Of a stretch of 64,000 nucleotides of DNA, positions 48,301 to 61,399 are shown piece after piece (position 1 is the stretch's first letter; each line of letters opens with the position of its first letter). The notes beneath the pieces were generated by a model. The model was given only the letters and a program-made list of their open reading frames with translations, was not told where the DNA came from and searched no databases. Both the position numbers and the translations under genes were made by a program. Source of the DNA: Psammoneis japonica. Its lineage: Eukaryota. The DNA is taken from the NCBI GenBank assembly GCA_008632985.1, contig QPGO01000041.1:310001-374000 (forward strand), given 5' to 3'.

Positions 48301-49365
48301 TCACTCGATGGGATCGCCCAGCTCATACTGGCCATCATCAATAGCCCAACGAATTGGAGATTTTTGTTTGAAACCATCTACCGAAATCCCGTATGTAGGC
48401 CTCTGACGCCCGCCAACATGGCGCGTGATTGTTTGCGTCTTGTTGTCATCGGGGTGAAACCATTGCATGACACGGTCCCCAGCTCCTCTGCCTGGAATGT
48501 GGACTCGAAGATCATTTTTGTTGCGCCTAAAGCGGAGAAAGGCATGTGAGGATCCAACGGACTCACAACGGCTATCATCAGTCAAACGGGTAGGCATGTT
48601 TGATCCTACGACGAGAGATTGATGGCCCAAAATTTTGCACAAGTGCTTGTTTCCTTCAATATAACTACCAAGAAAGAGCGAATATCCAGCGTACTGAGTC
48701 TGCTCAATTGACACACCATCTTCCTCTGTCCCTTCAATGAATGTATGGATGAAGGTGTTTCCGAGAAAGGAACGATCAGAGATGGGCAGCCGGCTGTTGG
48801 ATATAAGAATGCTCTCGAACTTTCCCGCGTTGCTATCCGGTCCTTGTAGATCAATGCACGTACCAACGTAAACGCATCGAAGCCCTTCCACACGACCAAT
48901 GTTTGCATTAATTCCAGTCGTCCCACTGGAAATAGCTTGGACACCGACAGCGAGCTTCGTCAAGACGGCGTCACGAATCGTAATGATTGCCGATTCAATG
49001 ACGAAACCTTTTGCAGTTGTGGGATCCGGTCGAAAGGAGCCTTGTTTCGGGCCTTCAATCTCGGCAGCCTCAACAATGGTCAGCTTGGAGCCTTTTACAA
49101 ATCGCATGGCAGTCACGTCTTCTGCTGGACGGAGGCGGGGAGCAATGAGGCGCACGGCGCGATCAATGACGATTCCCCTTGTCACCTCAATAGGTTCTTC
49201 GACGTGAGAAAGATCAATGGTACTTCGGGTGTCGGCAGGAGCGGCGTCAATGAGATTTTGAAGCTCTTCTTCCGTCATGGAGGTTGACTGCACGAGGACA
49301 GCAGAGGTGAAGGCAGGAAACGCCAACAAAGAAAAGAAAAGCATGAAGCCCCTGGCGATCTTCAT
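48301..49365 (-). CDS. Secreted right-handed beta-helix (pectin lyase-like) protein
   Basis: Signal peptide MKIARGFMLFFSLLAF; ELQNLIDAA...TIDL...IVIDRAVRLI cap motif; repetitive Ile/Gly/Asn strands; intronless. Confidence 0.65.
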   Translation of the reverse strand: MKIARGFMLFFSLLAFPAFTSAVLVQSTSMTEEELQNLIDAAPADTRSTIDLSHVEEPIEVTRGIVIDRAVRLIAPRLRPAEDVTAMRFVKGSKLTIVEAAEIEGPKQGSFRPDPTTAKGFVIESAIITIRDAVLTKLAVGVQAISSGTTGINANIGRVEGLRCVYVGTCIDLQGPDSNAGKFESILISNSRLPISDRSFLGNTFIHTFIEGTEEDGVSIEQTQYAGYSLFLGSYIEGNKHLCKILGHQSLVVGSNMPTRLTDDSRCESVGSSHAFLRFRRNKNDLRVHIPGRGAGDRVMQWFHPDDNKTQTITRHVGGRQRPTYGISVDGFKQKSPIRWAIDDGQYELGDPIE

Positions 49366-49993
49366 GTTTGATGTGGAAGTTGAGCTTCTTTCTAGCGAGT
49401 GATGTTGTTTTTGAGGGACAATGCAAGGTTCATACAATTGAGTTTTATGTGGCTAGAGTAGATTTTCCCGCCTTGAGGCAGTCGCATCCGCTTTTCTCAG
49501 TCATGTTTGGATTTGCCGTTACACCACCAACTCACGACTCAATTCATTCACGAGTGGCACGTCAGCAAACGATCAACTGCACAATAACGAACAGCACGGT
49601 ATCTCTAGCCTTAGTATGGTAGAGCTGAGAGAGTAGAGTAGAGTAGACTCTCTACTCTAGTATAGAGAGCCTACCGTATGGTGCATCGCTCAATACGAAT
49701 CTCAAACAAGGATGCTGTATGCTTACTATGAGATCTCGCCACACTAGCAAATGGAACGTTGTTTGGTCTTTTAAACGAGGCTGCAACCGGTGCGTCATTT
49801 CTCGTCCCATCTGTTTGTTGCACCTTTGCACTATGCTAGGGAGTAAATATTCAATGGACACGAGAGGATCTGCATGCCAGTGAACTGCTGTCGATGTGAT
49901 GCGTTGTTGCAAACCTCCTGTCAAACGAAGAACTAAGAGTTATTGATTCTCTAATGGCACCACAAGACATGTTCCGTGTCTTGTCCTGTTCGA

Positions 49994-51519
49994 TCAAGGT
50001 GAGTCAGGGCGACGATCGATGTAGGCCATGGGAACGTTTCCCTTCTTTTCAACTGAAAGGCTGGGGCGTACATCCTGCATTTGATTGCACTTCGTGCACG
50101 GAGCATCACATTTGTCTCCGCCCGCCTCCTTTTTGCAACGATGGCAGTCAACACAAGGATGCTGCTGTGGGCGCTGCGGGCGCTCGGGCTTCTCCGGCTC
50201 CGTTTCCTTAGAATCTCCATTGCACGAAAAGCAAGCTTTTTCGCAAGGACTGGTCGAAAGACCACTATGTTCGCATCGCTTGCAGTAAAAGCATGGTTCA
50301 GGAGGGGTGTCTTCCTTTTCGCACGATGAGCATGCCCCATCGCAGGTTTCAGGAGAGTACTCGCTACCACCGTTCTTGCACGCCATGCATATGTCACAAA
50401 TGTCGACAGGTTGGATGTTCGGGCACTGCGATGCTTGACAGATGCGTAGACACTCTTCCGTTCCGGCGCCGTATTCCTTCTGGCACATCCTGCACTTGAA
50501 GCAACGGTCCACAAACGGTTTCTCTCCTTTGTTTTCATGAGGGTACTCCGGCTTCTCCAGCTCTGGTTTCTTGGGATCTTCATTGCACGCAAAGCAAGCT
50601 CTTTCGCAAGGACTCGTCGAAAGACCACTATGTTCGCATCGCTTGCAGTAAAAGCATGGTTCCGGAGGGGTGTCTTCCTTTTCGCACGATGAGCATGCCC
50701 CATCGCAGGTTTCAGGAGAGTACTCGCTACCACCGTTCTTGCACGCCATGCATATGTCACAAATGTCGATGGGCTGGATGTTCGGGCACTGCGATGCTTG
50801 ACAGATGCGTAGACACTCTTCTGTTCCGGCGCCGTATTCCTTCTGGCACATCCTGCACTTGAAGCAACGGTCCACAAACGGCTTGTCTTCTTTGTTTTCT
50901 TCGTCAGGCGTTCCTTCATCTTCTTTTTCTTCTTTGGGCTCTGGCTTTTGTTGAACTTCCTTCTCTTTCGCCCGTTTAGTTTGAGCTGCACACGTGCGGC
51001 AAGCTCGCTTGCAAGCACGAGAAAGTGGTTCTTCGGTTTGACACTTCTTGGTGCAATATTCGCAGACGTCTCCCACCTCTTCTTCCTTTCGGGTCCCACC
51101 TCTCTCTTCCTTTCGGGCTTTTCGGGGCACTCAGACTGAAACTTGGCGCAGGACCATGTGTCACATCTAGGGACTTCCTTGCCTTCATAACAGCCTTTAG
51201 TGGTGCATCGCTTACACATTTTCTCCGCGCAGGATTTGTAACGAGCTCCTTCAATTCCGTCACAAGGAATGCGCCTGGCTCTTAGGGGTCTTTCGGGTCT
51301 TTCCGGCAGCTTCCTGAAATCGCTTCGGAAATTGGTATCATCAATTCCTATGAGATGAAATTTAAGGCGTTTATGTGAGACTCATCACAAATAGTAACGG
51401 ATGGCTTGATTGCCTAGAATGACTCATGGAAAGAAAGCCGCCTTACCTTCCTGGGCCGTCACCAAAGAAACGGTACCCAGAAGCAACGCCACAAGTTGCA
51501 AAGCCGTACGCAGTAACAT
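49994..51519 (-). CDS. Secreted Cys-rich protein with CxxC repeats and Glu/Lys/Pro spacers (intron and frame breaks)
   Basis: Signal peptide MLLRTALQLVALLLGTVSLVTAQ at 51519; Cys-rich ORFs 49994-51130 and upstream frames. Confidence 0.7.
50218..50881. repeat. Near-identical tandem duplication, period 363 bp (50218-50518 / 50581-50881)
   Basis: Direct comparison; encodes the duplicated PFVDRCFKCRMCQ...CFxCN module. Confidence 0.95.
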
Positions 51520-54500
51520 GGTGAAAAAAGTACCAAACGATAAAGGGTATCTTCTTCGACGAGGACTACCGCCAAACAAGAAATGTGAATGCTCGAGGCG
51601 TCGTTCTTTCCATCCGCAGTTTGCCTTTTTCACGTGTCACGTGTGTGAAACAGGTACAATCGATGATGATTCAGTGAAATTTGCCATGACTATGACCATT
51701 GAAGGCAATAATGTTTCGTCAATGGTCCATGGATGAATGACTGTCATTGCATAAGCCCAATAGGACATCACTTCTAATTTTTTTTTGTTCTTCGTATCGT
51801 GTGCTCATCATAAAAAATTAGTTCCCCTCATATTTTTCATGACTATTATGACCGGCTGTAGACCATTAAACGCAACAATTACACTGTCTTATTTTTCGTC
51901 GTTCCACGTAGGTACACAAACCCCACAGGACATCGTTTCTTGTGCTACACAGTGCTGTACGAGAAAAAGAAAGATGACCAAGGTGACGACTCAGTTTTCG
52001 ATTCATTCGACTTCGTGTTGAGAATGCTGCTCTCTTCGTTCGCATTGCCGGCAAACAACAATTGTGTTGTGCCATCAGCTTTGGCAGAGTGCAGCTGATG
52101 CAGTGGCTCAAGTGGCATTTTGGCACAGAACAGAAGCCATTTGGGTGCAAAAGTCTGAGCGCCTGATTGTTGAAACCAAACAACTCTGCACCACTCAGAA
52201 AAGAGCACGGGGCACTGAACCCTCTCTCTCTTGAAATGGCCACATTGGCGCCACACTTCTGGATTTTGTGCACTCATTCAAGTTTGTCTTTTGACAGGCC
52301 ACCCACTGTCACAGGTCTGTTTGTGCTGAAATTGGCTCATGATTTGTGCAGTTGAAGTTTTTGTCAGTGGGTTGAAAGGACAGTGCCAAGGTTGCACAAC
52401 ATCTGTCATCGGCTGCTTTGCATGCGTTTCCACTGCCTTGTGTTCTCTGCTGTGTAGAGTGATTTGCACACCACTTTTTGTGCTCCACAACACATGGGCC
52501 TCTGCCACCATGCACTTTGCTGGCTGCAGCCTGCTGCACTTTGCAAGCAATGCCACTCGTGCTTGGTGGTGACTTTCCTGTTTTTTGTCTTAGCAAGCAC
52601 TTGGAGCAGTGCACAAATCACAACACAAGCAACAAGAAAGAGCAAAATGTGTCACTTTGCTCAAACATTTCTGAGCACACTGCAAACAAATGTTGCAGCA
52701 ACCATGTCTTCTAAAAAATGGCGCCATCCTGGCTGAGAAATGCCAAGCACAGGCAGGACTCAGGGTGCGCGGGGCAGAGCAAGGGGGTGGTGTCTCTTTT
52801 CAAAATGCAGCAGAGCTGACTTGCCACCCCCCACCTTGCAAGTTAGACAAGCAAAGTTGCCCATTTGCAAGGGAGCCAATGACAAGCAATTGCCGCCAGC
52901 ACTTGTCACAAGCAGTGGCCACCAAAGTGATGGCTGTTGTTGTGAGATTGCTGTCATTGTTGAGGCACTTGGGAATTTGACACATTCCAGCTCTGGTGGG
53001 TGGGATCTCATGCTGCTGAACTGTGACATCAACAGTTTTTTGGATCGTGCCACATGTCACACATGCAGACACTGTGCCACTCTCAAGACATTGAAGAGTT
53101 GTGGTGAAAAAAGTTGAATGGATCAGCCAACCATTTTGCTGCAAAATGATGAAAAATTCTGCCAAAGTCACACAGAAATGTGCACGTGAGAAATGTGGCA
53201 CACACACAGCAAAAAGGGTCTCAATGTGCAGCTCAACAGCATGGCTGTTGTCCATCCTGGAGCTGCAGCATGTCTCTTTTCCAGCTCCATCTCACATGGA
53301 TTCTCACGTCCCACTGCTTTGTGGCTTCTTCCTCATCTCCTCCTGTGTGCTCTGAGAACAAATCATCAACCACAGTTGCCAAGAAAGCCTCTGATTGTTG
53401 GTGCAACAACTTGAGCTGTCCTTTCACAATGACACCATGTTGTTTCTTTCCAAGTGTGTTGGTCTCTCAGCTTTTCAATGAAAGAAAAAACTTGCCTGCT
53501 CCAGAGTGGCCACTTGCTGCCAAAACAAAAACTTGCTGTTGCCTCTGGATTTTGTTGTTGACCATGTGAAATTCTCAGCTCCCTTGCAAGGCAGTTTCTC
53601 TGGTGATTTTGTGTTTCCTTCTCAATGCCAAATGACGACAATGCTGTCACAAGTGCATCTCTGACAAAACTGAATGTGCACCTTGGATCTCCCACAGAGC
53701 TTGCTTGCAGGTCAAAGCTTGCTGACATCATTCGCCGTTCTTGTCACAAACAAGCAAGTTTTGCACATGTCCAAGATTTTTCAATTTTTTTTTTTTGATT
53801 TTTGTCAAGAGAAGAGTGTTGAAGAGCCCAGATTTTCTTGCAGCAGAGGCACCTCCAAACTCTGCTGAACTCCCATCTGGAAATTGAGCACACTCAATGG
53901 CCACCACAACTTTGCTGCAACAGCTGGGGAGGATCAGCAGCTTTTGCAAAGCAATTTGGGTTTTTTCCTTTTTTGGCTGACAAGCTTCATTGGCTGGCTC
54001 TCCAAAACCCTTGAGTGCACCAAAGCTTGTCAACAAATTTTGTTGCTTTTTGAAAATGCTGCTTGAACTGTGGAGCAGTCATTTTTTCAGCATGCTCTTT
54101 GCTGCTTGGCAGGAAGACCAAATTGTTTGAGCATGTCATCCTTGGTGGGCAGTTGCAGCTTGACGTGCTCCAGCTGCAGGTGAGCACATGCATTGAAAAA
54201 AGACATTTGCATCTTTTTCACATGGCCGCCAACTTGCAATCACTTCAACCTGGAAAACAATGTCTTCATGCAATTGTGAACATTTTGTTGGGCTGGGCCT
54301 GATGGGATTGTGCACTTTCAAAATCTGGTTCCCAGTGGAATTCTGTGTGTGCAAAAGAAGTGCCAACCCTGCAAGCCAAACACAACAACACTTCACTCTT
54401 CACCACAACAACAACATGGGAAGTCAATCATGCTGGCTCCACTGACATTGTGCGTGCAAATTCAATGGGACACAGGATCTTTGCAAGTCCAGGAAAGATT

Positions 54501-55430
54501 GCCCCTCTGTGCTTCACCGTGCCCAAAACCTGGTGACAATCCTCCACAACAACTGAAAATTCAACTGCTCATCAAAATCTCTTGTTGCATGCTCATTCAG
54601 CACTTCATCAATGCAATCAAATGAGAAAAACTCCAAACACACTCCACAAAAAGCAAAAATCATTGGCCCCACTGTGGCCAAAAGCTCTGTGTGTTTTCAG
54701 CAAAAAGTTGTGCATGTCAAAAATCAATCATCACCAATTGCTCAACCAGCTCCCAAAACAACTCAATCATTGCCATCCAAAATTTTTGCTGCATTTGTCA
54801 CCCTGTCAATTGTTGTCTTGGTGCACCAGAACCCCCCATTTGGCTGTTGTTGTCATGTGTGACCATTGCTGGTGTCGCAGCATTGTTGCCGTGATGTTTG
54901 TGTTTTGGAGTGAATTCAAATCAATCACTGCAATTTTTTCTACACATTCTGCATGCATCAACTTTGTGCAGATTAGCACGGGAACAGGATTTCTGGAAAG
55001 TGTGTTGCCCCATTGTGTCACAACACAAAGGGCCATTGATCTTGGGAGTGATTTTTTGTTTTTTTCTCATGAGTGCACAATTTGGTTGAATCTTCCACTT
55101 GCTTGTTTGCATGTTGGTTCATTGGGAACTCACACACAAACAAATCAGACAGTGCATTCTTTGTGTTGCATGAAGAAGAGTGCTTTTGAACCAGTGACAA
55201 AAGCTCTCATGCCATCAGATCTGTGCCAATGACTTCAAGATGCACTGACCCATGCATGGAATTCTTGGTGGATTGCCTCACAGTGGCAGTTGCACCACAG
55301 AGAAGCAGCAGCCAACGGGGTCCCAGACATGCAAGTCTGGAAGTCTGAAGCAATGCAGCCTGGGCCAGACAGCATCCGCACTGTGCAAAAGCAGCCCCAG
55401 GGTGGGCAAGTGGTGGAAAAAAATTGCAAT

Positions 55431-58400
55431 GAGACATGGCCGTGGCAGTGGACCAGCATGTTGCAACCCCATCACATGCTGACTGCCAAGGGAACAATGC
55501 ATGGATTGACCATGTCTGGGAATGTGTTCTGACTGTCTGTCCTTTGTCCTTTGTCAACCGTCTGCCCCTCTCTGGTCCACTCCAGTGACACCCCCCCCCC
55601 CCCCCCCCAGCTCATCCAGCAAGCAGCACCCTCTCATTTCTTGATCCACATTTTGACAATGTTGGTCAGGGGGTGTCAGCAACAGCTGCACCCAAGCCCC
55701 ACCTGCGGCCCATGGTTTGGATGCAAATGTCCCCTGAGCAAAATGTTTCTGTGCCGCTCAAACAATTCTTCTTTGGGTGGTCAGGGTTGGCAAGCTTTCA
55801 GGTTGAGTTTCTGCCACCTCATTGCCATGGCACACAGATTCCACCATCATTTTGGGAGAAGCAAGCTCACAATAGTCTGGCTCCTCCTTGAATGCCTTGA
55901 TGTCCTTGAAGACATCCTGGAGCACTGGACATGACTCCTTGTGCATTGGCAAGTTCTTGCAGACATCACAATGGACTTCACTGAACAGTGCACAAAAAGC
56001 AGCTGCTTTGAAAAGGTGGCACTTGACAGCATCCAACTTGATGCACTTGCAAAGCAGCATGCTCCCTGATGCCAAGTGAAGAGTGCAAATTGCCAGCATG
56101 TCATGGCAACATTGCAAGAGGCAGGAGTTTCTCTGCAGTCATCCCTGGGTCATCATTGCACCAACTCATGTCATGGGCAAACCAGAGGCAATGGATTCTG
56201 TGCAAACAAAGCACCCCAAATTCTTTGGGATTGCAGCTGGGGCCAGAGTTGGTCCTGAGAACGTTGCAGAGCAGAGGCCCTGCAGCAGCTCTGGACTGGG
56301 GAGGAAACAGCCCCAGTCCCTCATTGTCTGGACTGGGGAGGAAACAGTCTCAGTCCCTCATCGCAGGGCACCTTTGACACAGCTGGCAAAACAAAGAGAC
56401 AGAGGCAGTGCACAGTTGGTTTGGCATAAGATGGCATCAGCCAGCTCACTCAAGACTCTGCATTGTAAGGACTGTTGTGCCCCATGCCCAGTTCCCACAG
56501 CAGTTCACAGAAGAACACAATTGGAGGTTGCCTTGACCGCAATTTGGATGCCTTGTTGTCATGGGCAGCCAAATTGGTGTCATTGCATTCCAAGGATGTG
56601 ATTGGCTGAGACAGAATGCCATTTGGGAACAGCATCTCCACCTGCTCCCTTGTCAATGACCTCATCCATGCAGTGACACTGCAAACTGGAGGATGATGAT
56701 GAGGAATTCTAAGGCATTGACATGAACACATGTCCTTTTGTCCCCAGCCCAACATTCTTGATGCCATGGATGACACAGTGACTCCATCTGACATCAAACC
56801 AAAAATGCAATGTTGGGCAGAATCCACCACCCCCAAAGTTTTCACTGCTGGCATCTCCCCACAAACAGATGCTGGGGTCTCTGGGAAAAATGAACCCAAT
56901 GCATTCTGACCATGCATCAGGAGCATTGGCGAGACAGCGTAAAATGAGCTTGAGCAATGTCTTCAACTCACTGGTCATTGGAATCTTAGCCCATGTGTGC
57001 CACTTGGCAACAATTCAGCAACCCGCTTTTGTTGATTGTTTGGGAGCTGGTGCAGCATCTCTGCCACTTCTGCTGCCTCATTGTGTTGTTGGTGGATGAT
57101 GTGGTGATGCTTCCTGAACTCCAAATGAAGGATGTTTTGCAGGGTGAAGAAAAGCAGATGCACCCACCACACATGCATCTTGTGTGGTTCTTGAGCAAAC
57201 AATTTAATCTGGCTGCACCCAACAGACTGCAGACCCTTGCTTGTTCTGTCTTTTCTGTCAGGATCTCAATGTGCTGATCCTTCTTGCAGGGGAGCACACC
57301 CCCACTCAGGGCATGGGAGTTGAAAGCCCAGCCCATGACTTGATGCTTGTGTCCAAACAAAGCAATGAGTTTCTCCATGCTCAGATTGATGGCATCTTGT
57401 CTCATGGGAAACCCATCACATGAAACAGTGACAGAGTGCTTGCCATCAGTGTCCATGGCAAATGCTCCCACTCATTTGCATGCATGTTGTCATCTTCATG
57501 ATGCCTGCATGGTGGCACAATCCTTTGCTCATTCTCATTGTGCACCCCTTGTTGATTGAATCTGGAGTGAGAAATGCAAATCCAGCAACGTCTTCATTGG
57601 GGGGGGGGGGGGCATCAACATGAGGCATGAAAGGTTCTGCAATGTCAAGCAACAACCTCTGTCAAATGCCACAAAATCTGCGCAAGTTGCTGGCGGGCAA
57701 TTGCAATCACTTGTTCCAGTCTGGAGGATCCCACAACCTGCCTGGATGCTTGCATGCATTGCTCATTGTTGTGGAAAGCTCTGCCAACATCATTGTCACC
57801 AACCACAATTTCCTTGGTCGGGTGCAAAATGTGCAAATTGCACATCCATTTCATCAGGTCTGGTTCTGCACTCATCTGTCAGAGGAGGCTCTGCATCCTT
57901 GGTCACCCAATTGACAATGGCCATGCACCAACGCTTGGGTCAAAACAAGCTGCTGAAAATTGGTCTTGGCACATTTTGTTTTGTCCAGATCAACAATGCC
58001 CTGTGGCGTCACGTGGCAGTTTAACAAAAGAAATGGGATGAGATTCCTGTCAAAAGGGATGGCACATCCATGCTTGGAATTCTTTGCCACCACCACACCT
58101 TTTGCCTTTTCTCTGGATCAGATTGACACTCGAATGGTTGCCAAATCTTGCACATGACTGAAAATTGGCTGCCGTTGACACCGCATTGCAGTGTGATGGC
58201 AATCCATTCCAACACAGCTTGATGAGAGGCTCAATGCATTCTTGGTCAATGGCTTGGCTCAAAAACCTCTTGATCTGGACCAAACCTTGACCTCCCATCC
58301 AGAGATCCCAACACAAGGGAAACTGCTGGAGGTGTGTGATGCACAACACTGGACAATGAAAGACCCAAACAAACACAGAAGAGTCACAAAAGAGAGATTG

Positions 58401-59602
58401 GTTCATTGATGGATGCTGTTCAGCAGCAGAAAGAGACACACAGAAGAAACACTGCCTCCAACAATGTCACACCAGTGACCCATGTCACACAGCTCATGCC
58501 CCAACAGCAGCCTCACCAGCTGGGCTTGGCAGACCTCATGGTTTGTGCCAGGTCAAGTGGCAGACACCAAAAACCCTGAATTCTTTTCCAAGAACAGAAA
58601 AGCCATCATCTGCTGCTGCAGATCAGTGCATTGGACTGCAGCAGCAGGAGGACGAGAAAACATGTTCAATTGAAGTGACACCATGGGCTCAACACAAAGG
58701 GTGAATTCAGAAATTGTTGTGAGAAGCCACTTCTAAAGCCCCATGGCCAAAAAATGCAGGGAGTGGCGTGTTGACAACAATGAAAATTGCATCTAAAATG
58801 GAGATGGCACAGTGCAGCCATTGTGATGGATCAATCACATCACATTGCACGCACATCTGCGGTCACAAACCAAGTGAGCAGTGACAATGCAATGTGCTGC
58901 TCTGTGCATGCAGGTGCTGCATGCTCAAGGAAAAATGCAGAGAAACGGCATGAACTTAGTTGGCTCAACATGCTCCATGCCCTGCAACAAATGTTCTTGG
59001 CACATGTGCAGACATGGGACCAAAGCACTGAGCGTGATCATTTCTTTGTCCAATGTTTCATGTTTGTGCAACAAAGCAAGCATTTCTACACTCATCATGC
59101 AGCAGTTCAACAAGGGGGGAGACAAGCCATGGCCGACAGCACATGCAGCTGGCTCCTCTCCAGACAGGAGATCCAATCACCCAGAAGCACAAAAATGAGA
59201 GTTTGGCTTTGTGTTGCATGGAGAAGACATCCTCACACCAGAAAGGGGAGACAGCACCACACATGCACTGGAGCACATGGGGGCAAGGAAAAGGTGCAGC
59301 AGACTCTCCTTGCTCCCTCCCAAGTTGCTCAGATGTGGGCACAGTGTGCATTGTCCTCTGGGCCCTTGTGGCAACCAACAGGGCATGTTTGCACACTGAG
59401 ACATGGCAACAGCAGTGGACCATGTTGCAACCCCACCACATGCTGACCGCCAAGGGAGCAGTGCATTGACCAGTCATGTCCAGGAGTGTTTTGCATCCAT
59501 CTGTCCTCCATCTTTGGTCAACTGTCTGCCCCTCACCAGTCTGCTCCCACAATGACACCCCCCCCCCCCCCCAACTCAACCAGCCAGCAGCATCCTCTCA
59601 TT
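55431..59602 (-). mobile_element. DIRS/Ngaro-like tyrosine-recombinase retrotransposon relic bounded by about 200-bp direct repeats
   Basis: Direct repeats 55431-55638 and 59398-59602, each with a poly-C tract; RT motifs WMCNLHILHPTKEIVVGDNDVGRAF and HHEDDNMHA (about 57480-57510); RNase H PRDP...GDAS...GGG...FWF...EFLIIILQ; N-terminal YR-like LHLASGSMLLCKCIKLDAVKCHL. Confidence 0.75.
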
Positions 59603-60216
59603 GCCAGGCTTGGAGTCTAGAGGGCTGATGCACTCTCCAATGCAAGTCTGTGCATCAACCATTCTTTGTGTGTGCTTGCTTGGAAGCACCTGAAGGTCTC
59701 CTCATGGACTCTTGCTCAGAGAATTCGTGCAGACAACTAGCCAGGGTCACATGCAGGCAATGTGTTCCAGTGCTCTTTTGGATGGCTGGTGCACACAGGC
59801 ATCAGGAATTTTAAAAATGCACACAAGTTGCACAAAAGTCAAAAAACACAGCATGGGAGCAATGGACTCCACATGATTTCAAATCCACCTGCCAGCGTGG
59901 CAACAATCTACCTTCCAACCATGGGTGTGATGGCATTTGAAAACATCTCAAGAGCACACCATCTTTGCTTTTTGCACCACATTAAAAGCCATCTGCAATG
60001 AATGGCTGGATCACAGAGAGCTGCGCCAACAGAGGAGAGCTCTTGTTCCTTGATTTGAACTTGATGGTTGCACAAAACAATGTGAAGACAGATTCCAATG
60101 GATCTGTCACTCTGTCTTGGAAGCTTTCAGCCCTCAAAACATCAACCCAAAATCATTTTGTCCCTGTTTCATGTGATGAGAAATCCATTCAAGCCACCTG
60201 CAAAATGACTCAAACA

Positions 60217-60350
60217 ACCCACCAACAAGCTTGGAGGATGGACGAGATGACCTGCCAATGAGCTCAGAAAATCATGGACAAGATGACCCACCAACAAGCT
60301 TGGAGGATGGATGAGATGACCCACCAGCAAGCTTGGAGGATGGACAAGAG
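60217..60350 (+). repeat. Four copies of a 33-36 bp minisatellite
   Basis: Unit ACCCACCAACAAGCTTGGAGGATGGACGAGATG; copies differ as GACGAG/GACAAG/GATGAG. Confidence 0.85.
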
Positions 60351-61399
60351 AGTTTCAAGCAAGAGACTTGTTGCTCAATTGATGGGGATGCAGCGGATCT
60401 GCCAAGGGGGTGTCAATGGTGGAGGACATTCTTGGAGCAAAAGCTGGCAATTTGTTTTTACTTTGTGTTCTGCACAACAAAGAGAACAAAACCATCCACA
60501 AATCTTTCAAGCAAATGTGTGAGCTGAATGGGTGCATGCACTTGAGATTCACTGTTTGTGGTCATTGGAGGGGCTGCATCGGTGAAACCAATGGAGACTT
60601 TCTTCATGCCCATGGAAATTGTTTCAAATCCACGTGGACCCAAGCTGTTGTTCAACATGGTGTCAACATTCATTTCTTCCTTCTCAACTGCACAAAAGCA
60701 CGGGCAGCCATTGGCAGTGGTGACTTGATTTTCTTCAAAGACATTGTCAAGAACCTGTTTCACTTTCAACATTGTGTCAACACCAGCTGTGAATGCCCGC
60801 TTCCTGACTTCTCTCCTCTTTCAATGGGTCCAGCACCAAAGCTTCAATTGTCAACAACTGTGGTCTGCTGATGCAATTGCTTGTGGAAGCGTGCCTTGAC
60901 CCTCATTTGTTTCTTGCAACAGTGGACAATTTTCAAAGAGCGCTGGATTCATGGGCAAAGAAAGAGTTGCAGAGACAAATTGAATGGACTAAAAAATTTC
61001 ACAAGAAGGAAAAGACAATTGCTTGCATGCCCCTTGCTCCCATGGATGTGAACATTGTCATCACCCCAGCTGTTCATGAAGTTGCTCCAGTGAAGACAGT
61101 TTCAGCAGAACAAGCATCACAGCAAATCACTTCTGACCAAGACAGTGAGCTGCGGAGAGGAGGCCCTGTTTTCAAAATTGCACAAGACTTTGACCAACAA
61201 GCACACGCACTTTTCTTGCCTCCTTTGGCATGAAATGGACATCTCTGTCAGCTGCCAGAATGCCAGATGTTGAAAGCCTGATTTCATCCCTAAAAGAGAA
61301 GGGTCGGCACACATGGTCCATGGCATCCCCCGCCAAAGTGCCGTCATCACTTTCAAGAAAGAAAGAGTGGGCCATGTTGATGCACCTCTTCTCAAGTCT

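Noticed and set aside
14256..51519. Programmed frameshifting in the genes broken near 15075, 17350, 41930, 44225 and 51090
   Set aside because: Scattered single-base breaks in unrelated, otherwise intact genes with no shared slippery motif are more simply assembly indels; this needs read-level checking.
51866..54400. Specific identity (FYRC-like or transposase) for minus-strand relic ORFs
   Set aside because: Only a short LSGAELFGF resemblance; too degenerate to assign.
60217..60350. CRISPR-like array (33-36 bp period)
   Set aside because: Contiguous tandem units without unique spacers, no cas genes and a eukaryotic context.
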